Shown here: positions 51,001-64,000 of the stretch, piece by piece | Layout of the letters: the number at the start of each line of letters is the position of its first letter | How positions within the stretch are numbered: the first letter of the stretch is position 1 | Assembly (NCBI GenBank): GCA_964016885.1 | Contig: OZ024740.1 | Coordinates: 317,316,001 to 317,380,000 of the forward strand | Reading direction: 5' to 3' | DNA length: 64,000 nucleotides | From: Eledone cirrhosa | Taxonomy: Eukaryota | Notes under the pieces: model-generated | Databases searched by the model: none | What the model saw: the letters and a program-made list of their open reading frames with translations, nothing else | Told to the model about the DNA's origin: nothing | Position numbers and translations under genes: made by a program

Positions 51001-54000
51001 AAGAGGTAAGAGAGAGAAGGACAACAACAACAATAACGACCATTTTAAGAGGCACAAGAGAGAGGACAACAACAACAACAACCATTTTAGGAGGTAAGAG
51101 AGAAAGGACAACAACAACAACAACCATTTTAAGAGGTAAGAGAGAGAGCAGGACAGCAACAACAATAACAACCATTTTAAGAGGTAAGAGAGATAGGGAC
51201 AACAACAATAACAACCATTTTAAGAGGTAAGAGAGAGAAGGACAACAACAACAATAACAACCATTTTAAGAGGTAAGAGAGAGAAGGGCAACAACAACAA
51301 TAACAACCATTTTAAGAGGTAAGAGAGAGAGAACGACAGCAACAACAATAACAACCATTTTAAGAGGTAAGAGAGAGAGGACAGCAACAACAACAACAAC
51401 AATTTTAAGAGGTAAGAGAGAGATAGGGACAACAACAACAACAACAATTTTAAGAGGTAAGAGAGAGAAGGACAACAACAACAATAACAATCATTTTAAG
51501 AGGTTAGAGAGAGGACAACAACAATAACAACCATTGTAAGAGGCAAGAGAGAGAAGGACAACAACAACAATAATCATTTTAAGAGGTTAGACAGAGGACA
51601 ACAACAACAACAATAACAACCATTTTAAGAGGTAAGAGAGAGAAGGACAACAACAACAATAACAACCATTTTAAGAGGTAAGAGAGAGAGAAGGACAACC
51701 ACAACAATAACAACCATTTTAAGAGGTAAGAGAGAGAAGCACAACAACAATAACAACCATTTTAAGAGGTAAGAGAGAGAGAAGGACAACAACAACAATA
51801 ACAACCATTTTAAGAGGTAAGAGAGAGAAGAACAACAACAACAATAACAACCATTTTAAGAGGTAAGAGAGAGAAGGACAACAACAATAACAACCATTTT
51901 AATAGGTAAGAGAGAGAAGGACAACAACAACCATTTTAAGAGGTAAGAGAGAGACAAGGACAACAACAACAATAACAACCATTTTAAGAGGTAAGAGAGA
52001 GAGAAGGACAACAACAACAATAACAACCATTTTAAGAGGTAAGAGAGAGAATGACAACAACAACAATAACAACCATTATAAGAAGCAAGAGAGAGAAGGA
52101 CAACAATAATAATAACCATTTTAAGTGGTAAGAGAGAGAGAAGGTCCATAACAACAAAAACAACGAATTTAAGAGGTAAGAGAGAGAGAGAAGGACAACA
52201 ACAACAATAACAACCATTTTAAGAGGCAAGGGAGAGAGAATGACAACAACAACAATAACAACCATTATAAGAGGCAAGAGAGAGAGGACAACAACAACAA
52301 TAAAAACCATTTTAAGAGGTAAGAGAGAGAGAAGGACAACAACAACAATAACAACCATTTTAAGAGGTAAGAGAGAGAGGACAACAACAACAATAACAAC
52401 CATTTTAAGAGGTAAAAGAGAGAGAGGACAACAACAACAAAAACAACCATTTTAAGAGGTAAGAGAGGGAGAAGGACAACAACAATAACAACCACAACCA
52501 TTTTAAGAGGTAAGAGAGAGAGAAGGTCTATAACAACAAAAACAACGAATTTAAGAGGTAAGAGAGAGAGAGAAGGACAACAACAACAATAACAACCATT
52601 TTAAGAGGTAAGAGAGAGAGAAGGACAACAACAATAACAACCATTTTAAGAGGTAAGAGAGAGAGAAGGACAACAACAACAACCATTTTAAGAGGTAAGA
52701 GAGAGAAGCATAACAACAACAATAACAACCATTTTTAGAGGTAAGAGAGAAAAGGACAACAACAACAATAACAACCATTTTAAGAGGTAAGAGAGAGAGA
52801 GAAGGACAACAACAACAATAACAACCATTTTAAGAGGCAAGGGAGAGAGAAGGACAACAACAACAATAACAATTATTTTAAGAGGTTAGAGAGAGAGAAG
52901 GACAACAACAACAATAACAACCATTTTAAGAGGTAAGAGAGAGAGAAGGACAACAACAACAATAACAACCATTTTAAGAGGTTAGAGAGAAGGACAACAA
53001 CAACAATAACAACCATTTTAAGAGGTAAGAGAGAGAGAATGACAACAACAACAATAACAACCATTATAAGAAGCAAGGGAGAGAGAATGACAACAACAAC
53101 AATAACAACCATTATAAGAGGCAACAGAGAGAGAAGGACAACAACAACAATAAAAACCATTTTAACAGGTAAGAGAGAGAGAAGGACAACAACAACAATA
53201 ACAACCATTTTAAGAGGTAAGAGAGAGAAGACAACAACAACAATAACAACCATTTTAAGAGGTAAAAGAGAGAGAGGACAACAACAACAAAAACAACCAT
53301 TTTAAGAGGTAAGAGAGGGAGAAGGACAACAACAATAACAACCACAACCATTTTAAGAGGTAAGAGAGAGAGAGAGGACAACAACAACAACGATTTTAAG
53401 AGGTAAGAGAGAGAAGGACAACAACAACAATAACAACCATTTTAAGAGGTAAGAGAGAGAGAGAAGGACAACAACAATAACAACCATTTTAAGAGGTAAC
53501 AGAGAGAAGGACAACAACAACAATAACAACCATTTTAAGAGGTAAGAGAGAGAGAAGGACAACAACAATAACAACCATTTTAAGAGGTAAGAGAGAGGAC
53601 AGCAACAACAAGAACAACTATTTTATGAGGTAAGAGAGAGAGAAGGACAACAACAACAACCATTTTAAGAGGTAAGAGAGAGAGAAGGACGACTACAATA
53701 ACAACCATTTTATGAGGTAAGAGAGAGAGAACAACAACAACAACCATTTTAAGAGGTAAGAGAGCGGACAACAACAATAACAACCATTTTAAGAGGTAAG
53801 AGAGAGAGAGGACAAGAACAACAATAATAACCATTTTAAGAGGTAAGAGAGAGAGAGGACAACAACAACAATAACAACCATTTTAAGAGGTAAGAGAGAG
53901 AGGACAGCAACAACAATAACAATCATTTTAAGAGGTAAGAGAGAGAAGGACAACAACAACAATAACGACCATTTTAAGAGGCACAAGAGAGAGGACAAAC

Positions 54001-57000
54001 ACAACAACAACAACCATTTTAGGAGGTAAGAGAGAAAGGACAACAACAACCATTTTAAGAGGTAAGAGAGAGAGCAGGACAGCAACAACAATAACAACCA
54101 TTTTAAGAGGTAAGAGAGATAGGGACAACAACAATAACAACCATTTTAAGAGGTAAGAGAGAGAAGGACAACAACAACAATAACAACCATTTTAAGAGGT
54201 AAGAGAGAGAAGGGCAACAACAACAATAACAACCATTTTAAGAGGTAAGAGAGAGAGAACGACAGCAACAACAATAACAACCATTTTAAGAGGTAAGAGA
54301 GAGAGGACAGCAACAACAATAACAACCATTTTAAGAGGTAAGAGAGAGAAGAACAACAACAACAATAACAACCATTTTAAGCGGTAAGAGAGAGAAGGAC
54401 AACAACAACAATAACAACCATTTTAAGAGGTAAGAAAGAGAAGGACAACAACAACAATAACCATTTTAAGAGGTAAGAGAGAGACAAGGACAACAACAAC
54501 AATAACAACCATTTTAAGAGGTAAGAGAGAGAAGGACAACAACAACAATAACAACCATTTTAAGAGGTAAGAGAGAGAGAAGGACAACAACAATAACAAC
54601 CATTTTAAGAGGTAAGAGAGAGAGAGAAGGACAACAACAACAACCATTTTAAGAGGTAAGAGAGAGAAGCATAACAACAACAATAACAACCATTTTAAGA
54701 GGTAAGAGAGAGAGAAGGACAACAACAACAATAACAACCATTTTAAGAAGTAAGAGAGAGAGAGAAGGACAACAACAACGATAACAACCATTTTAAGAGG
54801 TTAGAGAGAGAGAAGCACAACAACAACAATAACAACCATTTTAAGAAGGAAGAGAGAGAGAGAAGGACAACAACAACAATAACAACCATTTTAAGAGGTA
54901 AGAGAGAGAGAAGGAGAACAACAACAATAACAACCATTTTAAGAAGAGAGAGAGAGGACAACAACAACAACCATTTTAAGAGGTAAGAGAGAGAGAGAAG
55001 GACAACAACAACAATAACAACCATTTTAAGAGGTAAGAGAGAGAGAAGGACAACAACAACAATAACAACCATTTTAAGAAGTAAGAGAGAGAGAGAAGGA
55101 CAACAACAACAATAACAACCATTTTAAGAGGTAAGAGAGAGAGAAGCACAACAACAACAACAACAATCATTTTAAGAGGTAAGAGAGAGAGAAGCACAAC
55201 AACAACAACCATTTTAAGAGGCGAGAGAGAAGGACAACAACAACAATAACAACCATTTTAAGAGGTAAGAGAGAGAGAAGCACAACAACAACAATAACAA
55301 CCATTTTAAGAGGTTAGAGAGAGAGAAGGACAACAACAACAATAACAATCATTATAAGAGGTAAGAGAGAGAAGGACAACAACAACAATAACAATCATTT
55401 TAAGAGGTAAGAGAGAGAGAAGGACAACAACAACAATAACAACCATTTTAAGAGGCAAGAGAGAGAGAAGGACAATAACAACAATAATAACCATTTTAAG
55501 AGGTAAGAGAGAGAAGGAAAATAACAATAACAACCATTTTAAGAGGTAAGAGAGAGAGGACAACAACAACAATAACAACCATTTTAAGAGATTAGAGAGA
55601 GAGCACAACAACAACAATAAGAAGCATTTTAAGAGGTAAGAGAGAGACGACAACAACAACCATTTTAAGAGGTTAGAGAGAGAGAAGGACAACAACAATA
55701 ACAACTATTTTAAGAGCCAAGAGAGAGAGGACAACAACAACAACCATTTTAAGAGGTAAGAGAGAGAGAGGACAACAGCAACAATAACAACCATTTTAAG
55801 AGGTTAGAGAGAGAAGGACAACAACAATAACAACCATTTTAAGAGGCAAGAGAAAGAGAAGGACAACAACAACAACCATTTTAAGAGGTTAGAGAGACAG
55901 AAGGACACCAACAATAACAACCATTTTAAGAGGCAAGAGAAAGAGAAGGACAACAACAACCATTTTAAGAGGTTAGAGAGAGAGAAGGACACCAACAATA
56001 ACAACCATTTTAAGAGGTAAGAGAGAGAAGGACAACAACAACAACCATTTTAAGATGTAAGAGAGAGAGAAGGACAGCAACAAAAATAATAACCATTTTA
56101 AGAGGTAAGAGAGAGAAGGACAACAACAACAATAACAACCATTTTAAGAGGTAAGAGAGAGAAGCACAACAACAACAATAACAACGATTTTAAGAGGTAA
56201 GAGAGAGAGAAGGACAACAACAACAATAACTACCATTTTAAGAAGTAAGAGAGAGAGAGAGAGAAGGACAACAACAACAATAACATCCATTTTAAGAGGT
56301 AAGAGAGAGAGAAGCACAACAACAACAATAACAACCATTTTAAGAGGTTAGAGAGAGAGAAGGACAACAACAACAATCATTTTAAGAGGTAAGAGAGAGA
56401 GAAGCACAACAACAACAATAACAACCATTTTAAGAGGTTAGAGAGAGAAGGACAACAACAACAATAACAATCATGTTAAGAGGTAAGAGAGAGAAGGACA
56501 ACAACAACAACAATAACAATCATTTTAAGAGGTAAGAGAGAGAAGGACAACAACAACAATAACAACCATTTTAAGAGGTTAGAGAGAGAGAAGCACAACA
56601 ACAACAATCATTTTAAGAGGTAAGAGAGAGAAGGAAAATAACAACAATAACAACCATTTTAAGAGATAAGAGAGAGAGGACAACAACAACAATAACAACC
56701 ATTTTAAGAGGTTAGAGAGAGAGCACAACAACAACAATAACAACCATTTTAAGAGGTAAGAGAGAGGACAACAACAACAACCATTTTAAGAGGTTAGAGA
56801 GGGAGAAGGACAACAACAATAACAACCATTTTAAGAGACAAGAGAGAGAGAAGGACAACAACAACAATAACAACCATTTTAAGAGGTAAGAGAGAGAGAG
56901 TAGGACAACAACAACAATAACAACCATTTTAAGAGGTTAGAGAGAGAGAGAGCAACAACAACAATAACAACCATTTTAAGAGGTAAGAGAGAGAGAAGGA

Positions 57001-60000
57001 CAACAACAACAACCATTTTAAGAGGTTAGAGAGAGAGGACACCAACAATAAAAAACCATTTTAAGAGGCAAGAGAAAGACAACAACAACAATAACAACCA
57101 TTTTAAGAGGCAAGAGAGAGAGAAGGACAACAACAACAAGAACAACCATTTTAAGAGGTAAGAGAGAGGACAACAACAACAATAACAACCATTTTACGAG
57201 GCAAGAGACAGAAAAGGACAACAACAAAAATAACAACCATTTGAAGAGGCAAGAGAGAGAGAAGGACAACAACAATAACAACCATTTGAAGAGGCAAGAG
57301 AGAGAGAAGGACAACAACAACAACCATTTTAAGAGGTAAGAGGGAGAAGGACAACAACAACAATAACAACCATTTGAAGAGGTAAGAGAGAGAAGGACAA
57401 CAACAACAATAATAACCATTTTAAGAGGTAATAGAGAGAGGTCAACAACAACAATAACAACCATTTTAAGAGGTAAGAGAGAGAAAAAAAGACAACAATA
57501 ACAACCATTTTAAGAGGTAACAGAGAGAAGGACAACAACAACAATAACAACCATTTTAAGAGGTAAGAGAGAGAGAAGGACAACAACAATAATAACAATC
57601 ATTTTAAGAGGTAAGAGAGAGACAAGGACAACAACAATAACAACCATTTTAAGAGGTAAGAGAGAGGACAGCAACAACAATAACAACTATTTTATGAGGT
57701 AAGAGAGAGAGGACAACAACAACAATAACAACCATTTTAAGAGGTAAGAGAGAGAGAAGGACGACAACAATAACAACCATTTTATGAGGTAAGAGAGAGA
57801 GAACAACAACAACAACCATTTTAAAATTGAGAGAGGACAACAACAATAACAACCATTTTAAGAGGTAAGAGAGAGAGAGGACAACAACAACAATAATAAC
57901 CATTTTAAGAGGTAAAACAGAGAGAGGACAACACCAACAATAACAACCATTTTAAGAGGTAAGAGAGAGAGAGGACAGCAACAACAATAACAATCATTTT
58001 AAGAGGTTAGAGAGAGAAGGACAACAACAACAACAACAACCATTTTAAGAGGCACAAGAGAGAGAAGGACAACAACAACAACCATTTTAAGAGGTAAGAG
58101 AGAGAGAAGGACAACAACAACAACCATTTTAAGAGGTAAGAGAGAGAGCAGGACAGCAACAACAATAACAACCATTTTAAGAGGTAAGAGAGAGATAGGG
58201 ACAACAACAATAACAACCATTTTAAGAGGTAAGAGTGACAGAAGGACAACAACAACAATAACAACCATTTTAAGAGGTAAGAGAGAGAGAAGGACAACAA
58301 CAATAACAACCATTTTAAGAGGTAAGAGAGAGAAGGACAACAACAACAATAACAACCATTTTAAGAGGTAAGAGAGAGAAGCACAACAACAACAACAATA
58401 ACAACCATTTTAAGAGGTAAGAGAAAGACAAGGACAACAACAATAACCATTTTAAGAGGTAAGAGAGAGAGAAGGACAACAACAACAATAACAACCATTT
58501 TAAGAGGTAAGAGAGAGAAGGACAACAACAACAATAACAACCATTTTAAGAGGTAAGAGAGAGAGAAGGACAACAACAATAACAACCATTTTAAGAGGTA
58601 AGAGAGAGAGAAGGACAACAACAACAACCATTTTAAGAGGTAAGAGAGAGAAGCATAACAACAACAATAACAACCATTTTAAGAGGTAAGAGAGAGAGAA
58701 GGACAACAACAACAATAACAACCATTTTAAGAGGTAAGAGAGAGAGAGAAGGACAACAACAACGATAACAACCATTTTAAGAGGTAAGAGAGAGAGAAGC
58801 ACAACAACAACAATAACAACCATTTTAAGAAGGAAGAGAGAGAGAGAAGGACAACAACAACAATAACAACCATTTTAAGAGGTAAGAGAGAGAGAAGGAC
58901 AACAACAACAATAACAACCATTTTAAGAAGAGAGAGAGAGAAGGACAACAACAACAATAACAACCATTTTAAGAGTTAAGAGAGAGAGAGAAGGACAACA
59001 ACAACAATAACAACCATTTTAAGAGGTAAGAGAGAGAGAAGGACAACAACAACAATAACAACCATTTTAAGAAGTAAGAGAGAGAGAGAAGGACAACAAT
59101 AACAATAACAACCATTTTAAGAGGTAAGAGAGAGAGAAGCACAACAACAACAACAATAATCATTTTAAGAGGTAAGAGAGAGAGAAGCACAACAACAACA
59201 ACCATTTTAAGAGGCGAGAGAGAAGGACAACAACAACAATAACAACCATTTTAAGAGGTAAGAGAGAGAGAAGCACAACAACAACAATAACAACCATTTT
59301 AAGAGGTTAGAGAGAGAGAAGGACAACAACAACAATAACAATCATTATAAGAGGTAAGAGAGAGAAGGACAACAACAACAATAACAATCATTTTAAGAGG
59401 TAAGAGAGAGAGAAGGACAACAACAACAATAACAAGCATTTTAAGAGGCAAGAGAGAGAGAAGGACAATAACAACAATAATAACCATTTTAAGAGGTAAG
59501 AGAGAGAAGGAAAATAACAATAACAACCATTTTAAGAGGTAAGAGAGAGAGGACAACAACAACAATAACAACCATTTTAAGAGGTTAGAGAGAGAGCACA
59601 ACAACAACAATAAGAAGCATTTTAAGAGGTAAGAGAGAGACGACAACAACAACCATTTTAAGAAGTTAGAGAGAGAGAAGGACAACAACAATAACAACTA
59701 TTTTAAGAGCCAAGAGAGAGAGAAGGACAACAACGACAACCATTTTAAGAGGTAAGAGAGAGAGAGGACAACAACAACAATAACAACCATTTTAAGAGGT
59801 TAGAGAGAGAAGGACAACAACAATAACAACCATTTTAAGAGGCAAGAGAAAGAGAAGGACAACAACAACAACCATTTTAAGAGGTTAGAGAGACAGAAGG
59901 ACACCAACAATAACAACCATTTTAAGAGGCAAGAGAAAGAGAAGGACAACAACAACCATTTTAAGAGGTTAGAGAGAGAGAAGGACACCAACAATAACAA

Positions 60001-63000
60001 CCATTTTAAGAGGTAAGAGAGAGAAGGACAACAACAACAACCATTTTAAGATGTAAGAGAGAGAGAAGGACAGCAACAAAAATAATAACCATTTTAAGAG
60101 GTAAGAGAGAGAAGGACAACAACAACAATAACAACCACTTTAAGAGGTAAGAGATAGAAGCACAACAACAACAATAACAACCATTTTAAGAGGTAAGAGA
60201 GAGAGAAGGACAACAACAACAATAACAACCATTTTAAGAAGTAAGAGAGAGAGAGAGAGAAGGACAACAACAACAATAACAACCATTTTAAGAGGTAAGA
60301 GAGAGAGAAGCACAACAACAACAATAACAACCATTTTAAGAGGTTAGAGAGAGAGAAGGACAACAACAACAATCATTTTAAGAGGTAAGAGAGAGAAGCA
60401 CAACAACAACAATAACAACCATTTTAAGAGGTTAGAGAGAGAGAAGGACAACAACAACAATAACAATCATGTTAAGAGGTAAGAGAGAGAAGGACAACAA
60501 CAACAACAATAACAATCATTTTAAGAGGTAAGAGAGAGAAGGACAACAACAACAATAACAACCATTTTAAGAGGTTAGAGAGAGAGAAGGACAACAACAA
60601 CAATCATTTTAAGAGGTAAGAGAGAGAAGGAAAATAACAACAATAACAACCATTTTAAGAGATAAGAGAGAGAGGACAACAACAACAATAACAACCATTT
60701 TAAGAGGTTAGAGAGAGAGCACAACAACAACAATAACAACCATTTTAAGAGGTAAGAGAGAGGACAACAACAACAACCATTTTAAGAGGTTAGAGAGGGA
60801 GAAGGACAACAACAATAACAACCATTTTAAGAGACAAGAGAGAGAGAAGGACAACAACAACAATAACAACCATTTTAAGAGACAAGAGAGAGAGAAGGAC
60901 AACAACAACAATAACAACCATTTTAAGAGGTAAGAGAGAGAGAGTAGGACAACAACAACAATAACAACCATTTTAAGAGGTTAGAGAGAGAGAGCAACAA
61001 CAACAATAACAACCATTTTAAGAGGTAAGAGAGAGAGAAGGACAACAACAACAACCATTTTAAGGGGCAAGAGAAAGAGAAGGACAACAACAACAACCAT
61101 TTTAAGAGGCAAGAAAGAGAGAAGGAAAACAACAACAATAACAACCATTTTAAGAGGCAAGAGAGAGAGAAGGACAACAACAACAATAACAACCATTTTA
61201 AGAGGTAAGAGAGAGGACAACAACAACGATAACAACCATTTTACGAGGCAAGAGACAGAAAAGGACAACAACAAAAATAACCATTTGAAGAGGCAAGAGA
61301 GAGAGAAGGACAACAACAATAACAACCATTTGAAGAGGCAAGAGAGAGAGAAGGACAACAACAACAACCATTTTAAGAGGTAAGAGGGAGAAGGACAACA
61401 ACAACAATAATAACCATTTTAAGAGGTAATAGAGATAGGACAACAATAATAACAACCATTTTAAGAGGTAAGAGAGAGAGGTCAACAACAACAATAACAA
61501 CCATTTTAAGAGGTAAGAGAGAGAAAAAAAGACAACAATAACCATTTTAAGAGGTAACAGAGAGAAGGACAACAACAACAATAACAACCATTTTAAGAGG
61601 TAAGAGAGAGAGAAGGACAACAACAATAATAACAATCATTTTAAGAGGTAAGAGAGAGACAAGGACAACAACAATAACAACCATTTTAAGAGGTAAGAGA
61701 GAGGACAGCAACAACAATAACAACTATTTTATGAGGTAAGAGAGAGAGGACAACAACAACAATAACAACCATTTTAAGAGGTAAGAGAGAGAGAAGGACG
61801 ACAACAATAACAACCATTTTAAGAGGCAAGAGAGATAAGGACAACAACAACAATAACCATTTTAAGAGGTAAGAGTGACAGAAGGTCAACAACAACAATA
61901 ACAACCATTTTAAGAGGCAAGCGAAAGAGAAGGACAACAACAACAACCATTTTAAGAGGTTAGAGAGAGAGAAGGACACCAACAATAAAAAACCATGTTA
62001 AGAGGCAAGAGAAAGAGAAGGACAACAACAACAACCATTTTAAGAGGTTAGAGAGAGAGAAGGACAACAACAATAACAACCATTTTAAGAGGCAAGAGAA
62101 AGAGAAGGACAACAACAACAACCATTTTAAGAGGTTAGAGAGAGAGAAGGACAACAACAATACCAACCATTTTAAGAGGCAAGAGAGAGAGGACAACAAC
62201 AACAATAACAACCATTTTAAGAGGTAAGAGAGAGAGAAGGACGACAACAATAACAACTATTTTATGAGGTAAGAGAGAGAGAACAACAACAACAACCATT
62301 TTAAAATTGAGAGAGGACAACAACAATAACAACCATTTTAAGAGGTAAGAGAGAGAGAGAGGACAACACCAACAATAACAACCATTTTAAGAGGTAAGAG
62401 AGAGAGAGGACAGCAACAACAATAACAATCATTTTAAGAGGTTAGAGAGAGAAGGACAACAACAACAATAACAACCATTTTAAGAGGCACAAGAGAGAGA
62501 AGGACAACAACACCAACCATTTTAAGAGGTAAGAGAGAGAGAAGGACAACAACAACAACCATTTTAAGAGGTAAGAGAGAGAGCAGGACAGCAACAACAA
62601 TAACAACCATTTTAAGAGGTAAGAGTGACAGAAGGACGACAACAACAATAACCATTTTAAGAGGTAAGAGAGAGAGAAGGACAACAACAATAACAACCAT
62701 TTTAAGAGGTAAGAGTGACAGAAGGACAACAACAACAATAACAACCATTTTAAGAGGTAAGAGAGAGAGAAGGACAACAACAATAACAACCATTTTAAGA
62801 GGTAAGAGAGAGAAGGACAACAACAACAACAATAACAACCATTTTAAGAGGTAAGAGAAAGAAGGACAACAACATCAACCATTTTAAGAGGTAAGAGAGA
62901 GAAGGACAACAACAACAAGAACAACCATTTTAAGAGGTAAGAGTGAGAGAGGGACAACAACAACAATAACAACCATTTTAAGAGGTAAGAGTGAGAGAGG

Positions 63001-64000
63001 GACAACAACAACAACCATTTTAAGAGGCAAGAGTGAGATTGGGACAACAACAACAATAACAACCATTTTAAGAGGTTACAGAGGACAACAACAATAATAA
63101 CCATTTTAAGAGGTAAGAGTGACAGAAGGATAACAACCATTTTAAGAGGTAAGAGAGAGAAGCACAACAACAACAATAACAACCATTTTAAGAGGTTAGA
63201 GAGAGAAGGACAACAACAACAACCATTTTAAGAGGCAAGAGAGAGAGAAGGACAACAACAATAACAACCATTTTAAGAGGCAAGAGAGAGAATGACAACA
63301 ACAACAATAACCATTTTAAGAGGTAAGAGAGAGAGAAGGACAACAACAACAATAACAACCATTTTAAGAGGTAAGAGAGAGAGAAGGACAACAACAACAA
63401 TAACAACCATTTTAAGAGGTAAGAGAGAGAGAAGGACAACAACAACAATAACAATCCTTTTAAGAGGTTAGAGAGAGGACAACAACAATAACAACCATTT
63501 TAAGAGGCAAGAGAGATAAGGACAACAACAACAACAACCATTTTAAGAGGTAAGAGTGACAGAAGGTCAACAACAACAATAACAACCATTTTAAGAGGCA
63601 AGCGAAAGAGAAGGACAACAACAACAACCATTTTAAGAGGTAAGAGAGAGAGAAGGACACCAACAATAAAAAACCATGTTAAGAGGCAAGAGAAAGAGAA
63701 GGACAACAACAACAACCATTTTAAGAGGTTAGAGAGAGAGAAGGACAACAACAATAAAAAACCATGTTAAGAGGCAAGAGAAAGAGAAGGACAACAACAA
63801 CAACCATTTTAAGAGGTTAGAGAGAGAGAAGGACAACAACAATAACCACCATTTTAAGAGGCAAGAGAAAGAGAAGGACAACAACAACAACCATTTTAAG
63901 AGGTTAGAGAGAGAGAAGGACAACAACAATAACAACCATTTTACGAGGCAAGAGACAGAAAAGGACAACAACAAAAATAACAACCATTTGAAGAGGCAAG
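41697..64000. repeat. Satellite array, ~45-bp monomer (variable length), roughly 500 copies, running off the window end
   Basis: Monomer CCATTTTAAGAGGTAA-(GA)n-AGGA-(CAA)n-TAACAA repeated without interruption. Confidence 0.99.

Noticed and set aside
41697-64000. CRISPR-like repeat-spacer pattern and many Leu/Val-rich ORFs
   Set aside because: The sequence between cores is itself repetitive with no unique spacers and no cas genes; the context is eukaryotic and the ORFs are satellite translations.

Overview
AT-rich animal genomic DNA with no intact protein-coding gene. The SINE families and the 5S variant suggest a coleoid cephalopod, probably an octopus (inference). Bases 1-41.7 kb are a mosaic of (TA)n, (TAA)n, (CAT)n and (ATGT)n microsatellites interleaved with transposon remnants: CR1/L2-type, RTE and R4/Dong LINE fragments, a Penelope-like element (PLE) with a GIY-YIG domain, several tRNA-type SINEs, Tc1/mariner, piggyBac and hAT elements, a Helitron and a 5S rRNA pseudogene. 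Bases 41.7-64 kb are one ~45-bp satellite with kb-scale higher-order duplications. The most striking structure is a recurring small non-coding module, usually beside a (TA)n tract: a fold-back palindrome plus a ~80-90 bp one-sided tail. The two best examples (5265-5605, 15906-16266) are near-perfect and carry a type I hammerhead ribozyme on each strand. One is homologous to the 3' end of the PLE at 39070-40680. Nearly all long ORFs in the track are repeat artefacts. Coordinates were read by eye; the ends of degenerate elements are approximate.
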